In this document: piece after piece, positions 18,162 to 26,909 of the stretch
Layout: each line of letters starts with the position of its first letter
How positions within the stretch are numbered: the first letter of the stretch is position 1
Made by a program: the position numbers and the translations under genes
From: Thermodesulfobacteriota bacterium
Lineage (GTDB): Bacteria > Desulfobacterota > Desulfobulbia > Desulfobulbales > JBFMBH01
Direction of reading: 5' to 3'
Assembly (NCBI GenBank): GCA_040755095.1
Contig: JBFMBH010000002.1
Location: 49,210-113,209, forward strand
DNA: 64,000 bases
The notes under the pieces: generated by a model
The model's database searches: none
The model's input: the letters and a program-made list of their open reading frames with translations, nothing else
What the model was told of the DNA's origin: nothing

Positions 18162-18732
18162 GATGCGAAAAATGCGATGGCTGGCAATGATCGCTCTGGT
18201 GCTGCTGGCGGCGGCCTTCCGGCCCTGCTCGGCGAGCGCCTACACCTATGGCGGCGCCTGGATTCCCAACGACCTCAACAACGCCCAGGACGACGTTCTG
18301 ACGTTCGCCCTGGTGCTGGTCGCTCAGGACGCCCAGAATCCCCGGATGGCGTTCTACGACTGGGGCAACCCTGGATCCGCCCTGTGGGTGATCACCCCCA
18401 CCAACACCCGGCGGACGGTGAACTTCAGCAACATTGGCGGCACCTGGTACATGGGCTTCACCCCGAACGCGATGACCGTCTCCCTGGGGGCCACCCCTGA
18501 TTTCGGCATCAAATTCGGGATGCTCAGTGGCGGGGGTGTGGTGACCAACCTCCAGTATGATGTTCTGCCCCTGGCGGGCGTGGATGCCTACCTGGTATCC
18601 GACATCGTCGGCCAGCCGAGCTCGGGCACCATGGTCATGATCCACGATGCCAGCCCCGTGCCAGTGCCCGCCTCGGTACTGCTCCTGGGCTCGGGCCTCT
18701 TCGGGCTTCTTTCCCTGCGCCGCCGCAAGTAG
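18162..18732 (+). CDS. Secreted hypothetical protein with PEP-CTERM-type sorting signal
   Basis: Signal peptide MMRKMRWLAMIALVLLAAAF...ASA. C-terminus VPVPASVLLLGSGLFGLLSLRRRK. Confidence 0.7.
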
Positions 18733-19041
18733 CCGGACGGCCCCCTCTCCCGCTGTCTCTGCCCGACGAGGCGGCTGGGCTTAGGGCCCTGCCGCCTCAA
18801 GTCGTACCTGCCTCCACGGCCGCGGCGCTGCCGGTCCTCCCTTCTTGCGTTGGATCGGTGCCCCGCCAGCCGCGAGCGTCTTGGCGTTGCGCTCCATCCA
18901 TCCGAGTCGCCCCCGCCTCTTCCGATCCCGCCGGCTCGCCCGGCCGGCCTTGAAAGACCGGCCTACCACGGGTACGCCACTCCGTGGCTCTGTACGGAAG
19001 GGATCGATTGAAAGCCTCGCGCAGCGAGAGCAGATACCATA

Positions 19042-19063
19042 GCCGGGGGATTCATCCCCCGGC
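19042..19063 (-). terminator. Perfect 9-bp hairpin (GCCGGGGGA-TTCA-TCCCCCGGC) downstream of comEA
   Basis: Read directly. About 75 nt after the comEA stop on the minus strand. U-tract weak. Confidence 0.3.
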
Positions 19064-19135
19064 GCCGCCCCGGCTGCCCGCGGGATTTCAGCACCCGGCG
19101 CCGGTGCCGTTCGGGTGCGCCTCGCGCCTGGCAAC

Positions 19136-19531
19136 TCAGTCCAGCATCAGGCTTCCTTGAAGCTCGGCGAGCCGGGCAGGTCCGATGCCATCCACCTCCA
19201 GGAGCTGGTCCAGGGAGTCGAAGCGGCCGCCCCGGGCCTGCCGGCGGGCGACGATCCGCGCCGCCAGCTGCGGGCCGATCCCCGGGATGGCGACCAGGGC
19301 CGGCACGTCGGCCCGGTTGAGGGGAATCGGCTGAAAGAACAGGGGCAGCAGGCGAGCCGGCAGAGGGTCGAGAATGGGTGGGGGCGCTGGCCGGGGGGGC
19401 GGCCGGCGGTGCCAGGGCGGCGCAAGCAGGCCGGTCGCCCCGGCCATCACAACGAGGACCGCCAAGGCCGCCAGCACCAGCGGGCGGTAGTCGGGTCCCC
19501 TATCCTTCCCGAGGCTGGACTGTGGCGGCAC
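19136..19531 (-). CDS. comEA: ComEA-like helix-hairpin-helix DNA-binding protein
   Basis: N-terminal TM (LVLAALAVLVVMAG). C-terminal tandem HhH (LVAIPGIGPQLAARIV...LLEVDGIGPARLAEL). Start uncertain. GTG 19531 was chosen because it keeps the TM segment and overlaps the cimA 3' end by about 30 nt. Confidence 0.7.
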   Translation of the reverse strand: MPPQSSLGKDRGPDYRPLVLAALAVLVVMAGATGLLAPPWHRRPPPRPAPPPILDPLPARLLPLFFQPIPLNRADVPALVAIPGIGPQLAARIVARRQARGGRFDSLDQLLEVDGIGPARLAELQGSLMLD

Positions 19532-21110
19532 GCTTCTGCTCGTCCCGCATGAGCTTGTAGGTGATGCTGTCCACCAGGGCCTGCCAGCTGGCCTCCAGGA
19601 TGTCGTGGGAGACCCCCACCGTGCCCCACTGGGCCTCGTGGTCCGAGGACTCGATGAGCACCCGCACCCGGGCGCCGGTGCCGACCACACCCGGCAGCAC
19701 CCGCACCTTGTAGTCGTCCAGCTTCATCTGGGCAAGATCCGGGTAGAAGCGGGTCAGGGCCTTGCGCAGGGCCTTGTCCAGGGCGTTCACCGGGCCTTCC
19801 CCCAGGGCGGCGGTGTGGACGGTGTCGCCCCCGACCTTGATGCGGATGGTGGCCTCGGCCTGGGGATGATCGTCGTCCCGGTCCTTCTGATCGATGACCC
19901 GGAACCCCAACAGATCAAAATAGCGGCGGTGGGTGCCCATGGCGCGGCGCATGAGCAGCTCGAAGGAGGCCTCGGCGCCTTCGTACTGGAAGCCCTGGTT
20001 CTCCAACGTCTTGAGATCGGCGAGGATGCCGGCCACCACCGGATCGGTGCTGGCGATATCGATGCCGAAGTCCTTGGCCTTGGACAGGATGTTGCTGCGG
20101 CCGGACAGCTCGGAGATGAGCACCCGGCGGATGTTGCCCACCTGCTCCGGCTCGATATGCTCGTAGGTCAGGGGGTTGCGCTGCACGGCGCTGACGTGGA
20201 CGCCGCCCTTGTGGGCAAAGGCCGAGGCGCCCACATAGGGCTGGTACTTGTTGGGCGGCAGGTTCGCCAGCTCGTTGACGAAACGGGAGACCTCCGCCAG
20301 ACGGGTCAGCTGGTCGGCGGCGAAGAAGGTGTAGCCCATCTTCAGGGTCAGGGCCGGCATGATGGAGGTGAGGTTGGCGTTGCCGCACCGCTCGCCGTAG
20401 CCGTTGAAGGTGCCCTGCACCTGGGAGGCACCCTGGGTCACCGCCACCAGGGAGGTGGCCACCGCGGTCTCCGAGTCGTTGTGGGCGTGGATACCCAGGG
20501 CGACCCCTTCACCCAGGTGGCGGCGCACCGCGGCCATGATCTCCGGCACCTCGAAGGGCAAGGTGCCGCCATTGGTGTCGCAGAGGATCAGACAGTCGGC
20601 CCCGCCGGCCACCGCTCGATCCAGGGTGGCCAGGGCATATTCCGGATTGCGCTTGTAGCCGTCGAAGAAGTGCTCGGCATCGTAGAACAGATGGCGGACC
20701 TGGGGCCGGAGGAAGGCCAGAGAGTCCTCGATGAGGGCCAGGTTGTCGTCCAGGCCGATGCGCAGGGCGTCCCGGACGTGGACGTCCCAGGTCTTGCCGA
20801 AGATGGTGATCGCCTCGGTGCGGGCCGCCACCAGGGCCTTGAGGTTGGCGTCCTCGTGGGCCGGGTTGCGGTGGAGGCGGGTGGAGCCGAAGGCGGTCAC
20901 CACCCCATGCCGGAGCTGGTAGCTGCGGATCTCCCGGAAGAATTCGGCGTGCTTGGGATTGGCGCCCGGCCAGCCGCCTTCGATGAAATCGATTCCCAGC
21001 TCGTCGAGCTTCAGGCAGATGCGGACCGCGTCCTCCAGGGAGAGGTTGAAGTTCTCGGCCTGGGTGCCGTCCCGCAGGGTGGTGTCGTAGATGCTGATGC
21101 GCTCGGCCAT
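19500..21110 (-). CDS. cimA: Citramalate synthase (LeuA-related, CimA type)
   Basis: N-terminal IYDTTLRDGTQAE, GIDFIEGGWPGANPK, HAHND, and a C-terminal LeuA-dimer regulatory domain. GGGAGGGAG SD before ATG 21110. Confidence 0.85.
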   Translation of the reverse strand: MAERISIYDTTLRDGTQAENFNLSLEDAVRICLKLDELGIDFIEGGWPGANPKHAEFFREIRSYQLRHGVVTAFGSTRLHRNPAHEDANLKALVAARTEAITIFGKTWDVHVRDALRIGLDDNLALIEDSLAFLRPQVRHLFYDAEHFFDGYKRNPEYALATLDRAVAGGADCLILCDTNGGTLPFEVPEIMAAVRRHLGEGVALGIHAHNDSETAVATSLVAVTQGASQVQGTFNGYGERCGNANLTSIMPALTLKMGYTFFAADQLTRLAEVSRFVNELANLPPNKYQPYVGASAFAHKGGVHVSAVQRNPLTYEHIEPEQVGNIRRVLISELSGRSNILSKAKDFGIDIASTDPVVAGILADLKTLENQGFQYEGAEASFELLMRRAMGTHRRYFDLLGFRVIDQKDRDDDHPQAEATIRIKVGGDTVHTAALGEGPVNALDKALRKALTRFYPDLAQMKLDDYKVRVLPGVVGTGARVRVLIESSDHEAQWGTVGVSHDILEASWQALVDSITYKLMRDEQKRAATVQPREG

Positions 21111-21147
21111 GCTCGTCTCCCTCCCCCAGCGTCCTCCGTCCCTCCCC

Positions 21148-22389
21148 TCAGGCTCCCGCCGCCACCGGGGCCTTGCCGGCATGGAGGCCGAAGGCCTCGT
21201 GCAGGGCCCGCACGGCCAGCTCGGTGTATTTCTCGTCGATGACGCAGGAGATCTTGATCTCCGACGTGCTGATCATCTGGACGTTGATGCCTTCCTTCGC
21301 CAGGGTCTGGAACATGGTGGTGGCCACCCCTGGATGGTTGCGCATCCCGACCCCGACGATGGAGACCTTGGCGATGCGCTCGGCGCCGGAGACCTGCTCG
21401 GCGCCGATCTCGTCCGCCACCTTCTTGACGATCTCCAGGGCGGTCTCGTAGTCGCCCCGGGGCACGGTGAAGGTGAGATCCGTCATCTCGCCGGCCCGGG
21501 TGTTCTGGATGATCATGTCCACCAGGATGCCGGCCTTGGAGACCGGCGAGAAGATCCGGGCCGCGATGCCGGGCCGATCCGGCACCTTGGCAATGGTGAT
21601 CCGGGCCTCGTTCTTGCTGTAGGTGACGCCTGATACCAGCATGGACTCCATGAGCTGATCCTCCTCCACCACCCAGGTTCCGGGGGTCGCGACAAAAGTG
21701 GAACGGACGTGCAACGGCACCTTGTAGCGCTTGGCAAAGCCCACCGAGCGGATATCCAGCACCTTGGCGCCGAGACTGGCCAGCTCCAGCATCTCATCGT
21801 AGGAGATGCGGTCGATCTTCCTGGCTTCCGGGCACAGGTTGGGATCGGTGGTGTAGACGCCCTCCACATCGGTGAAGATCTCGCAGGTGTCAGCCGCCAG
21901 GGCAGCGGCCAGGGCGACGGCGGTGGTGTCGGAGCCGCCCCGGCCCAGGGTGGTGACGTCGCCGCCGCCGGTCACCCCCTGGAAGCCGGCGACGGTGACC
22001 ACCCGGCCGGCGGCCAGCTCGTCCCGGATCCGGGCCTGGTCGATGGCCAGGATCCGGGCCTTGGTGTGCATGGCGTCGGTGAGGATGCGCACCTGGGAGC
22101 CCAGGAAGGAGACGGCGTCCAGACCCAGGGCCTTCATGGCCATGGCAAAAAGCGGCACGGTCACCTGCTCACCGGTGGCGAGCAGCATATCCATCTCCCG
22201 GGGGTCGGGCCGGTATTGCATGGCCTGGGCCAGGGCCACCAGGCGGTTGGTCTCGCCGGCCATGGCGGACAGCACCACCACCATGTCGTGTCCCTTCTTC
22301 TTGTACTCGGCCACCCGGGCGGCCACCGCCTTGATCTTGTCCGGATTGGCCACCGAGGTGCCGCCGAACTTCTGCACGATGAGTGACAT
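21148..22389 (-). CDS. lysC: Aspartate kinase
   Basis: N-terminal IVQKFGGTSV, VVVLSAMAGETNRL, and two C-terminal ACT domains. Confidence 0.92.
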   Translation of the reverse strand: MSLIVQKFGGTSVANPDKIKAVAARVAEYKKKGHDMVVVLSAMAGETNRLVALAQAMQYRPDPREMDMLLATGEQVTVPLFAMAMKALGLDAVSFLGSQVRILTDAMHTKARILAIDQARIRDELAAGRVVTVAGFQGVTGGGDVTTLGRGGSDTTAVALAAALAADTCEIFTDVEGVYTTDPNLCPEARKIDRISYDEMLELASLGAKVLDIRSVGFAKRYKVPLHVRSTFVATPGTWVVEEDQLMESMLVSGVTYSKNEARITIAKVPDRPGIAARIFSPVSKAGILVDMIIQNTRAGEMTDLTFTVPRGDYETALEIVKKVADEIGAEQVSGAERIAKVSIVGVGMRNHPGVATTMFQTLAKEGINVQMISTSEIKISCVIDEKYTELAVRALHEAFGLHAGKAPVAAGA

Positions 22390-22497
22390 CTGCGTCCTGT
22401 TCTCCTGTCCTCCATGATCGCGGACCAGGGCCGGTCTTGAGCCATCGGCCACAGTGGCTGCCATCTCCATGCCGGGGGCAGCCTTGGCAAGCCCCAA

Positions 22498-22525
22498 CAA
22501 TTACCGCGGCCGGAGAAAAAATCAA
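22498..22525 (-). promoter_or_regulatory. Candidate promoter for lysC (minus strand: TTGATT, 16-nt spacer, TAATTG) in an AT-rich patch
   Basis: Hexamers read on the reverse complement, about 100 nt upstream of the lysC ATG. Confidence 0.3.
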
Positions 22526-22804
22526 AGACAAAAAGCAGGCCTCCATCGTCGGGCAGGCGTGCCGGCCGAGCTGTCGGCACGCCAGCAGGTGCCTGGGGCA
22601 GTCCCCTGGCGGGGGGCTTTGTGCAGATGCCGCAGCACCAAGATGGAGGAAGAGCGGCCCAAGAATGCTTTCCCGGCGCCTGCACAGGGCAAAAAGTGTC
22701 TTGCCATCCTCCGCCCGTTCTGTTATACGACCCCGAAGTGGTTCCGGACTGTCCGGTGCCGATCCCCAAGCCGCCAATCTCCAGACCGGCAAGGAAGACA
22801 CCGC

Positions 22805-24160
22805 ATGACCCGACTCCTCAAAAATCACCCCGCCGCCGTCATCGTTCTCCTTTCCCTTTGCATCACCTTCATCGGTATCCGTTACGACAAGAAGCCCAGG
22901 CTGCCGCCGGCCGCTGACCAACGGTCCCAGCCGGTGCCCATGCTCCTGCAGCTCGACGAGCAGCCCAGTCTGGCGACCAGCCCGGTGCGGCCCGGTGCGG
23001 AGGCCGAGCCGCCGGCACCCCGGGAGACCGTCCTGGCCGGCGAGCTGGAGCGGGGAGAAGGCTTTGCCGCCTTTCTCGGCCGTCTCGGCCTGTCCGGTGA
23101 GCGGCAACGGCAGATCATCGACCTTCTGGATGACCACCTGGACTTCCGCCGCCTGCGTCCGGGCCAGCGCCTGGAGGTCACCCTGGATCCGGAGGGCGAT
23201 CTTGCCGCCTGCCGCTTCGAGGCCGGCGCCCTGGAGACCTACACGGTGTGCCGGACCGGAGACCGGTACGAGACCAAGCGGCTGCCGGTGGAGCTGGTGC
23301 GCGAAACGGTCCGCCTGACCGGCACTGTGGAGCGCTCTCTGTTTGAGGCCTTTGAGGCCCAGGGGCTTTCCCACGCCCTCCTTTTTGCCTTTGTCGACAT
23401 CTTTGGCTCGGCCATCGACTTCAACACCGAGCCCCAGCCCGGAGACCGCTTCGCCCTGGTGGTGGAGCGCTACCGCAAGGGCGAGGAGACGGTGGGCTTC
23501 GGCCAGATCCTGGCCGCCCGCTACGAGAACGAGGGCAAGATCCACGAGGGCTACGCCTACACCAGCCAGGGGGAGACCCTCTACTTCGATGCCAGGGGCG
23601 AAAGCGTGGGCACCACCTTCCTGCGCTCGCCGGTGCCCTTCGGCCGGGTCACCTCCACCTTCACCCGCTACCGCAAGCATCCGATCCTGGGCGGCATCCG
23701 GCCCCACCTCGGGGTGGATTTCGCCGCCCCCAGCGGCACCCCCATCCAGGCCACTGCCGGGGGCGTGGTTGATTTTGCCGGCTACAACGGCGGCTACGGC
23801 AAGCAGGTGATCGTCGCCCATGCCGGCGGCTTCAAGACCTCCTACGCCCACCTGTCCCGGTTCGCCAGCGGCATCAAGCGGGGCAGCCGGGTGCAGCAGA
23901 AGGACATCATCGGCTTCGTCGGCTCAACCGGCATGTCCACCGGCCCCCACGTCGACTACCGGATCGAGGAGAACGGCACCTTCCGCGACCCCCTGTCCCA
24001 CCAGTTCCGGCCCCGCCTGATCCTGGGCGGCAAGGACCGGACCGCCTTCCAGCAGCTGGCCCGCAACCTGGGGTCCCGCCTGGCCACCGGCTCCGACTCC
24101 CGGATCCTGGACGAGGAGCGGCTCTTGTACCGCGGGGAAAGCCCGTTGAAGCTGCTGTAG
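22805..24160 (+). CDS. M23 family metallopeptidase (peptidoglycan DD-endopeptidase-like)
   Basis: N-terminal TM (AAVIVLLSLCITFIG). M23 motifs HLGVDFAAPSGTPI and GSTGMSTGPHVDY. Confidence 0.88.
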   Translation: MTRLLKNHPAAVIVLLSLCITFIGIRYDKKPRLPPAADQRSQPVPMLLQLDEQPSLATSPVRPGAEAEPPAPRETVLAGELERGEGFAAFLGRLGLSGERQRQIIDLLDDHLDFRRLRPGQRLEVTLDPEGDLAACRFEAGALETYTVCRTGDRYETKRLPVELVRETVRLTGTVERSLFEAFEAQGLSHALLFAFVDIFGSAIDFNTEPQPGDRFALVVERYRKGEETVGFGQILAARYENEGKIHEGYAYTSQGETLYFDARGESVGTTFLRSPVPFGRVTSTFTRYRKHPILGGIRPHLGVDFAAPSGTPIQATAGGVVDFAGYNGGYGKQVIVAHAGGFKTSYAHLSRFASGIKRGSRVQQKDIIGFVGSTGMSTGPHVDYRIEENGTFRDPLSHQFRPRLILGGKDRTAFQQLARNLGSRLATGSDSRILDEERLLYRGESPLKLL

Positions 24161-24200
24161 CCTCGGCCTGCTCCGTCGTACCCGCCGATCGCGCCAGGTC

Positions 24201-24719
24201 GTGATCAGCTCGCCTTTGTCCATCGTCCTGGTGGAGCCGGAGATCCCTCCCAACACCGGCACCATCGCCCGCCTGTGCGCCGCCACCGGTGCCTGTCTCC
24301 ATCTGGTGCGGCCCCTGGGCTTCCGCACCGACGACCGGTCCCTGAAGCGGGCCGGTCTCGACTACTGGCACCTGGTGCGGATCCGCTACTGGGAAAGCCT
24401 GGCGGCATTCCTCGCCGCCAGCGAGCGCCACCGGCTGCACCTTCTGTCCAAGAAGGTCAGCCGGCCCTACACCGCGGCCCGCTTTGCGCCCGGCGATCTT
24501 CTGGTCTTCGGCAAGGAGACGAAGGGCCTGCCGGACGATCTTCTCACCGCCTACGCCGACCGCTGCCTGACCATCCCCATGGCCCATCCGGAGGTGCGCA
24601 GCATCAACCTGGCGGTGGCCGCCGGCATCGTCCTCTACGAGGGCCTGCGCCAGCTGGGCTGGCCGCTTGCGGCCTCACGGGGCGATGAGCCCCAGGGCCA
24701 GGCGGGCGGCCCGCTCTGA
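24201..24719 (+). CDS. trmL: tRNA (cytidine/uridine-2'-O)-methyltransferase TrmL (SpoU family)
   Basis: Motifs IVLVEPEIPPNTGTIARLC, LVFGKETKGLP and SINLAVAAGIVLYE. GTG start. Confidence 0.88.
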   Translation: MISSPLSIVLVEPEIPPNTGTIARLCAATGACLHLVRPLGFRTDDRSLKRAGLDYWHLVRIRYWESLAAFLAASERHRLHLLSKKVSRPYTAARFAPGDLLVFGKETKGLPDDLLTAYADRCLTIPMAHPEVRSINLAVAAGIVLYEGLRQLGWPLAASRGDEPQGQAGGPL

Positions 24720-25826
24720 GGCCCCGGCCTCCCCGAGCAGACTCCGCACCCGGGCAAGACCTTCCCGCATCGTCATCTGCTGCTGCCGGTCGGCCAGGAC
24801 CGACAAGGCAGCAGCCGCCAGGCCTGCCGGCGTGACCGCCTCCTGCAGCAGCTCCGGCACCACCGCCTGTCCGGCCACCAGATTGACCAGGCTGATGTGG
24901 GGCACCCGAATGAGCCGCCGGCCCAGCCAGCAGGTCAGGGGGGCCAGGCGGTAGGCCACCGCCATGGGCACGCCGAGGATGGCCAGCTCCAGGGTGACGG
25001 TGCCCGAGGCGGCCAGGGCGAAGTCGGCTGCCGCCAGGCCGTCGTAGCCCAGATCCGCCGCTACCAGCAGGTCCAGGTCCCCCGCCGCCGCAAGAAACGG
25101 TGCCAGGTCGTCTGGCCCCAGGGTGGGGGCCCGGGGCAGGAGGAACCGGGCCCGGGGCAGGGTCTGGCTGATCAGGCGGCCGGCGGCCAGGAAATCGGGG
25201 AGCAGGGCCGCCAGCTCCCGGCGCCGGCTGCCGGGCAGCAGGGCGACGAGGGGCTGGTCCGGCTCCACCCCCAGACGCTGCCGCATCCGGGCCCGGGGCA
25301 TGGTCCGCCGTACCGTGTCCAGGAGCGGATGGCCCACGAAGTCCACCGGCATCCCCCGGCGGCGGTAGAAGGCGGCCTCGAAGGGCAGGATCACCGCCAT
25401 GCGATCCACCAGGCGGCGGATGCTCCGGGCGCGACCGGAGCGCCAGGCCCAGATCTGGGGGCTGATGTAATAGAAGACCGGGATGCCCAGCTGCCGGGCG
25501 CGGCGGGCCAGGAGCAGGTTGAAGTCCGGGTAGTCGACCAGGATGAGGAGGTCGGGCCGCTGGCGCCGCAGCTCGCCGGTCAGGCGGCGCCAGGCGGTCA
25601 GGATCCCGGGCAGCACCCCCAGGACCTCCACCAGGCCCACCACGGCCAGGCGACCGGCGTCCACCAGGAGGCGGCAGCCGGCGGCGGCCAGCTGCGGGCC
25701 GCCCATGCCGGAGGCCGCGAGGCCTGGCCGTTGCTGCTGCATGGCCCGCAGGAGGGCGCCGGCGTGCAGGTCGCCGGAGGCCTCGCCGGCCACGATCATC
25801 ACCCGGGGAGGCTGGTCAGGGCGCAC
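24675..25826 (-). CDS. lpxB: Lipid-A-disaccharide synthase
   Basis: Motifs IVAGEASGDLHGA, DYPDFNL and YYISPQIWAWR. Start is GTG 25826 (AGGAG 10 nt upstream) or ATG 25799. The track ORF to 26300 is too long. Confidence 0.9.
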   Translation of the reverse strand: MRPDQPPRVMIVAGEASGDLHAGALLRAMQQQRPGLAASGMGGPQLAAAGCRLLVDAGRLAVVGLVEVLGVLPGILTAWRRLTGELRRQRPDLLILVDYPDFNLLLARRARQLGIPVFYYISPQIWAWRSGRARSIRRLVDRMAVILPFEAAFYRRRGMPVDFVGHPLLDTVRRTMPRARMRQRLGVEPDQPLVALLPGSRRRELAALLPDFLAAGRLISQTLPRARFLLPRAPTLGPDDLAPFLAAAGDLDLLVAADLGYDGLAAADFALAASGTVTLELAILGVPMAVAYRLAPLTCWLGRRLIRVPHISLVNLVAGQAVVPELLQEAVTPAGLAAAALSVLADRQQQMTMREGLARVRSLLGEAGASERAARLALGLIAP

Positions 25827-26814
25827 CGAGGCCCAGCTCCTGGCGGTAGCGATCGATCTGCCCCCGGATCTGGGCCATGATCTCCAGAGCCACAGCCAGG
25901 GCGCGGCGGCCGGCGGCGCCGTCCACCTTCGGCGGCCGGCCGCGGCGGACGGCGTCCACGAAATCCGCCACCTCGGCGGCCAGGGCATCGTGGTCGCCGA
26001 AGGCCAGCTCCTGGACCTCCCGGTCCGGCAGCCCGTCCGGCCCCAGGGTGTCGGCCAGCCGGACGACAAAGATCTTCCTGGTGGCGTAGTCCACGGAGAT
26101 GTAGGTCTTGGGCTGGAAGATGCGCACCCGGCGCATGGTCTCCCGGGAGACCCGGCTGACGGTGAGGTTGGCGGTGCAGCCGTTGGCGAACACCATCCGG
26201 ACGTTGGCGATGTCCGTGCTGGGGGTGACCACCGGCACTCCCACCGCGTGCATGAAGGACAGGTCAGCCGGCACCAGGGACAAGACGATATCGATGTCAT
26301 GGATCATGAGATCCAGAACCACATCCACGTCGGTGCCCCGGGGCTTGAAGGGCCCGATCCGGTGGCTCTCGATGAACATCGGCCGGGTCAGGTGGCCCTC
26401 CATGGCGAGGAGGGCCGGGTTGTAGCGCTCGAGATGGCCGATCTGCAGCACCAGCCCCTGCCGCTGAGCCATGGCGATCAGTTCGTCGGCCTCGGCCAGG
26501 GTGGTGGTCATGGGCTTTTCCAGCAGCACATGCCGTCCGGCGGAAAGGCAGGCGGTGGCCACCGGGTAGTGGGCCACGGTGGGCACCACCACGCTCACCG
26601 CGTCCACCAGGGGCAGAAGGTCGCGGTAGTCCCGGAAGGCCCGGGTGCCGAAGGTCTCGGCCACCTGGGCCGCCCGCTCGTCGCTCCGGTCCACCACCCC
26701 CACCAACTGCACCCCGGGCAGGCGGGCGTACTTTTCCGCATGGAAATAGCCCAGATAGCCGACCCCGATCACCCCCACCCGAATGTCCGTCACGATGCAA
26801 GACCCCCCTGTCAT
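25816..26814 (-). CDS. Gfo/Idh/MocA family NAD-dependent oxidoreductase (GnnA-like position next to lpxB)
   Basis: Rossmann motif VGVIGVGYLG and EKPM motif (LLEKPMTTT). Start ambiguous among 26823, 26814 and 26793. Confidence 0.85.
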   Translation of the reverse strand: MTGGSCIVTDIRVGVIGVGYLGYFHAEKYARLPGVQLVGVVDRSDERAAQVAETFGTRAFRDYRDLLPLVDAVSVVVPTVAHYPVATACLSAGRHVLLEKPMTTTLAEADELIAMAQRQGLVLQIGHLERYNPALLAMEGHLTRPMFIESHRIGPFKPRGTDVDVVLDLMIHDIDIVLSLVPADLSFMHAVGVPVVTPSTDIANVRMVFANGCTANLTVSRVSRETMRRVRIFQPKTYISVDYATRKIFVVRLADTLGPDGLPDREVQELAFGDHDALAAEVADFVDAVRRGRPPKVDGAAGRRALAVALEIMAQIRGQIDRYRQELGLGAP

Positions 26815-26909
26815 GCCAGGCACACCACGAAGAAAGGCCCGTGGGCTGCTGGCAGCAGCGCACGGGCCAAGACCAGCCGACTGGTCCGGGAATGGCGGTC
26901 CGGAAAGAT

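Noticed and set aside
18781-19134. A 117-aa minus-strand ORF starting (TTG) right after the comEA stop.
   Set aside because: It has a non-ATG start without an SD. The composition is Arg/Pro/Gly/Ala-rich, and I recognise no motif. It was treated as non-coding, as described in the spacer finding.
22390-22804. Possible lysine riboswitch or attenuator in the 415-nt spacer upstream of lysC. It has a 9-bp hairpin (GGCGTGCCG/CGGCACGCC at 22556-22583) and a T-rich run on the minus strand.
   Set aside because: The L-box core elements I remember (AGAGGCGC, GCCGAAGG, CUGGAG...UGUCA) are absent on the lysC strand. The T-rich run fits better as the -35 or UP region of a promoter (TTGATT/TAATTG), which places the hairpin upstream of the transcript. 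An Rfam scan would settle it.
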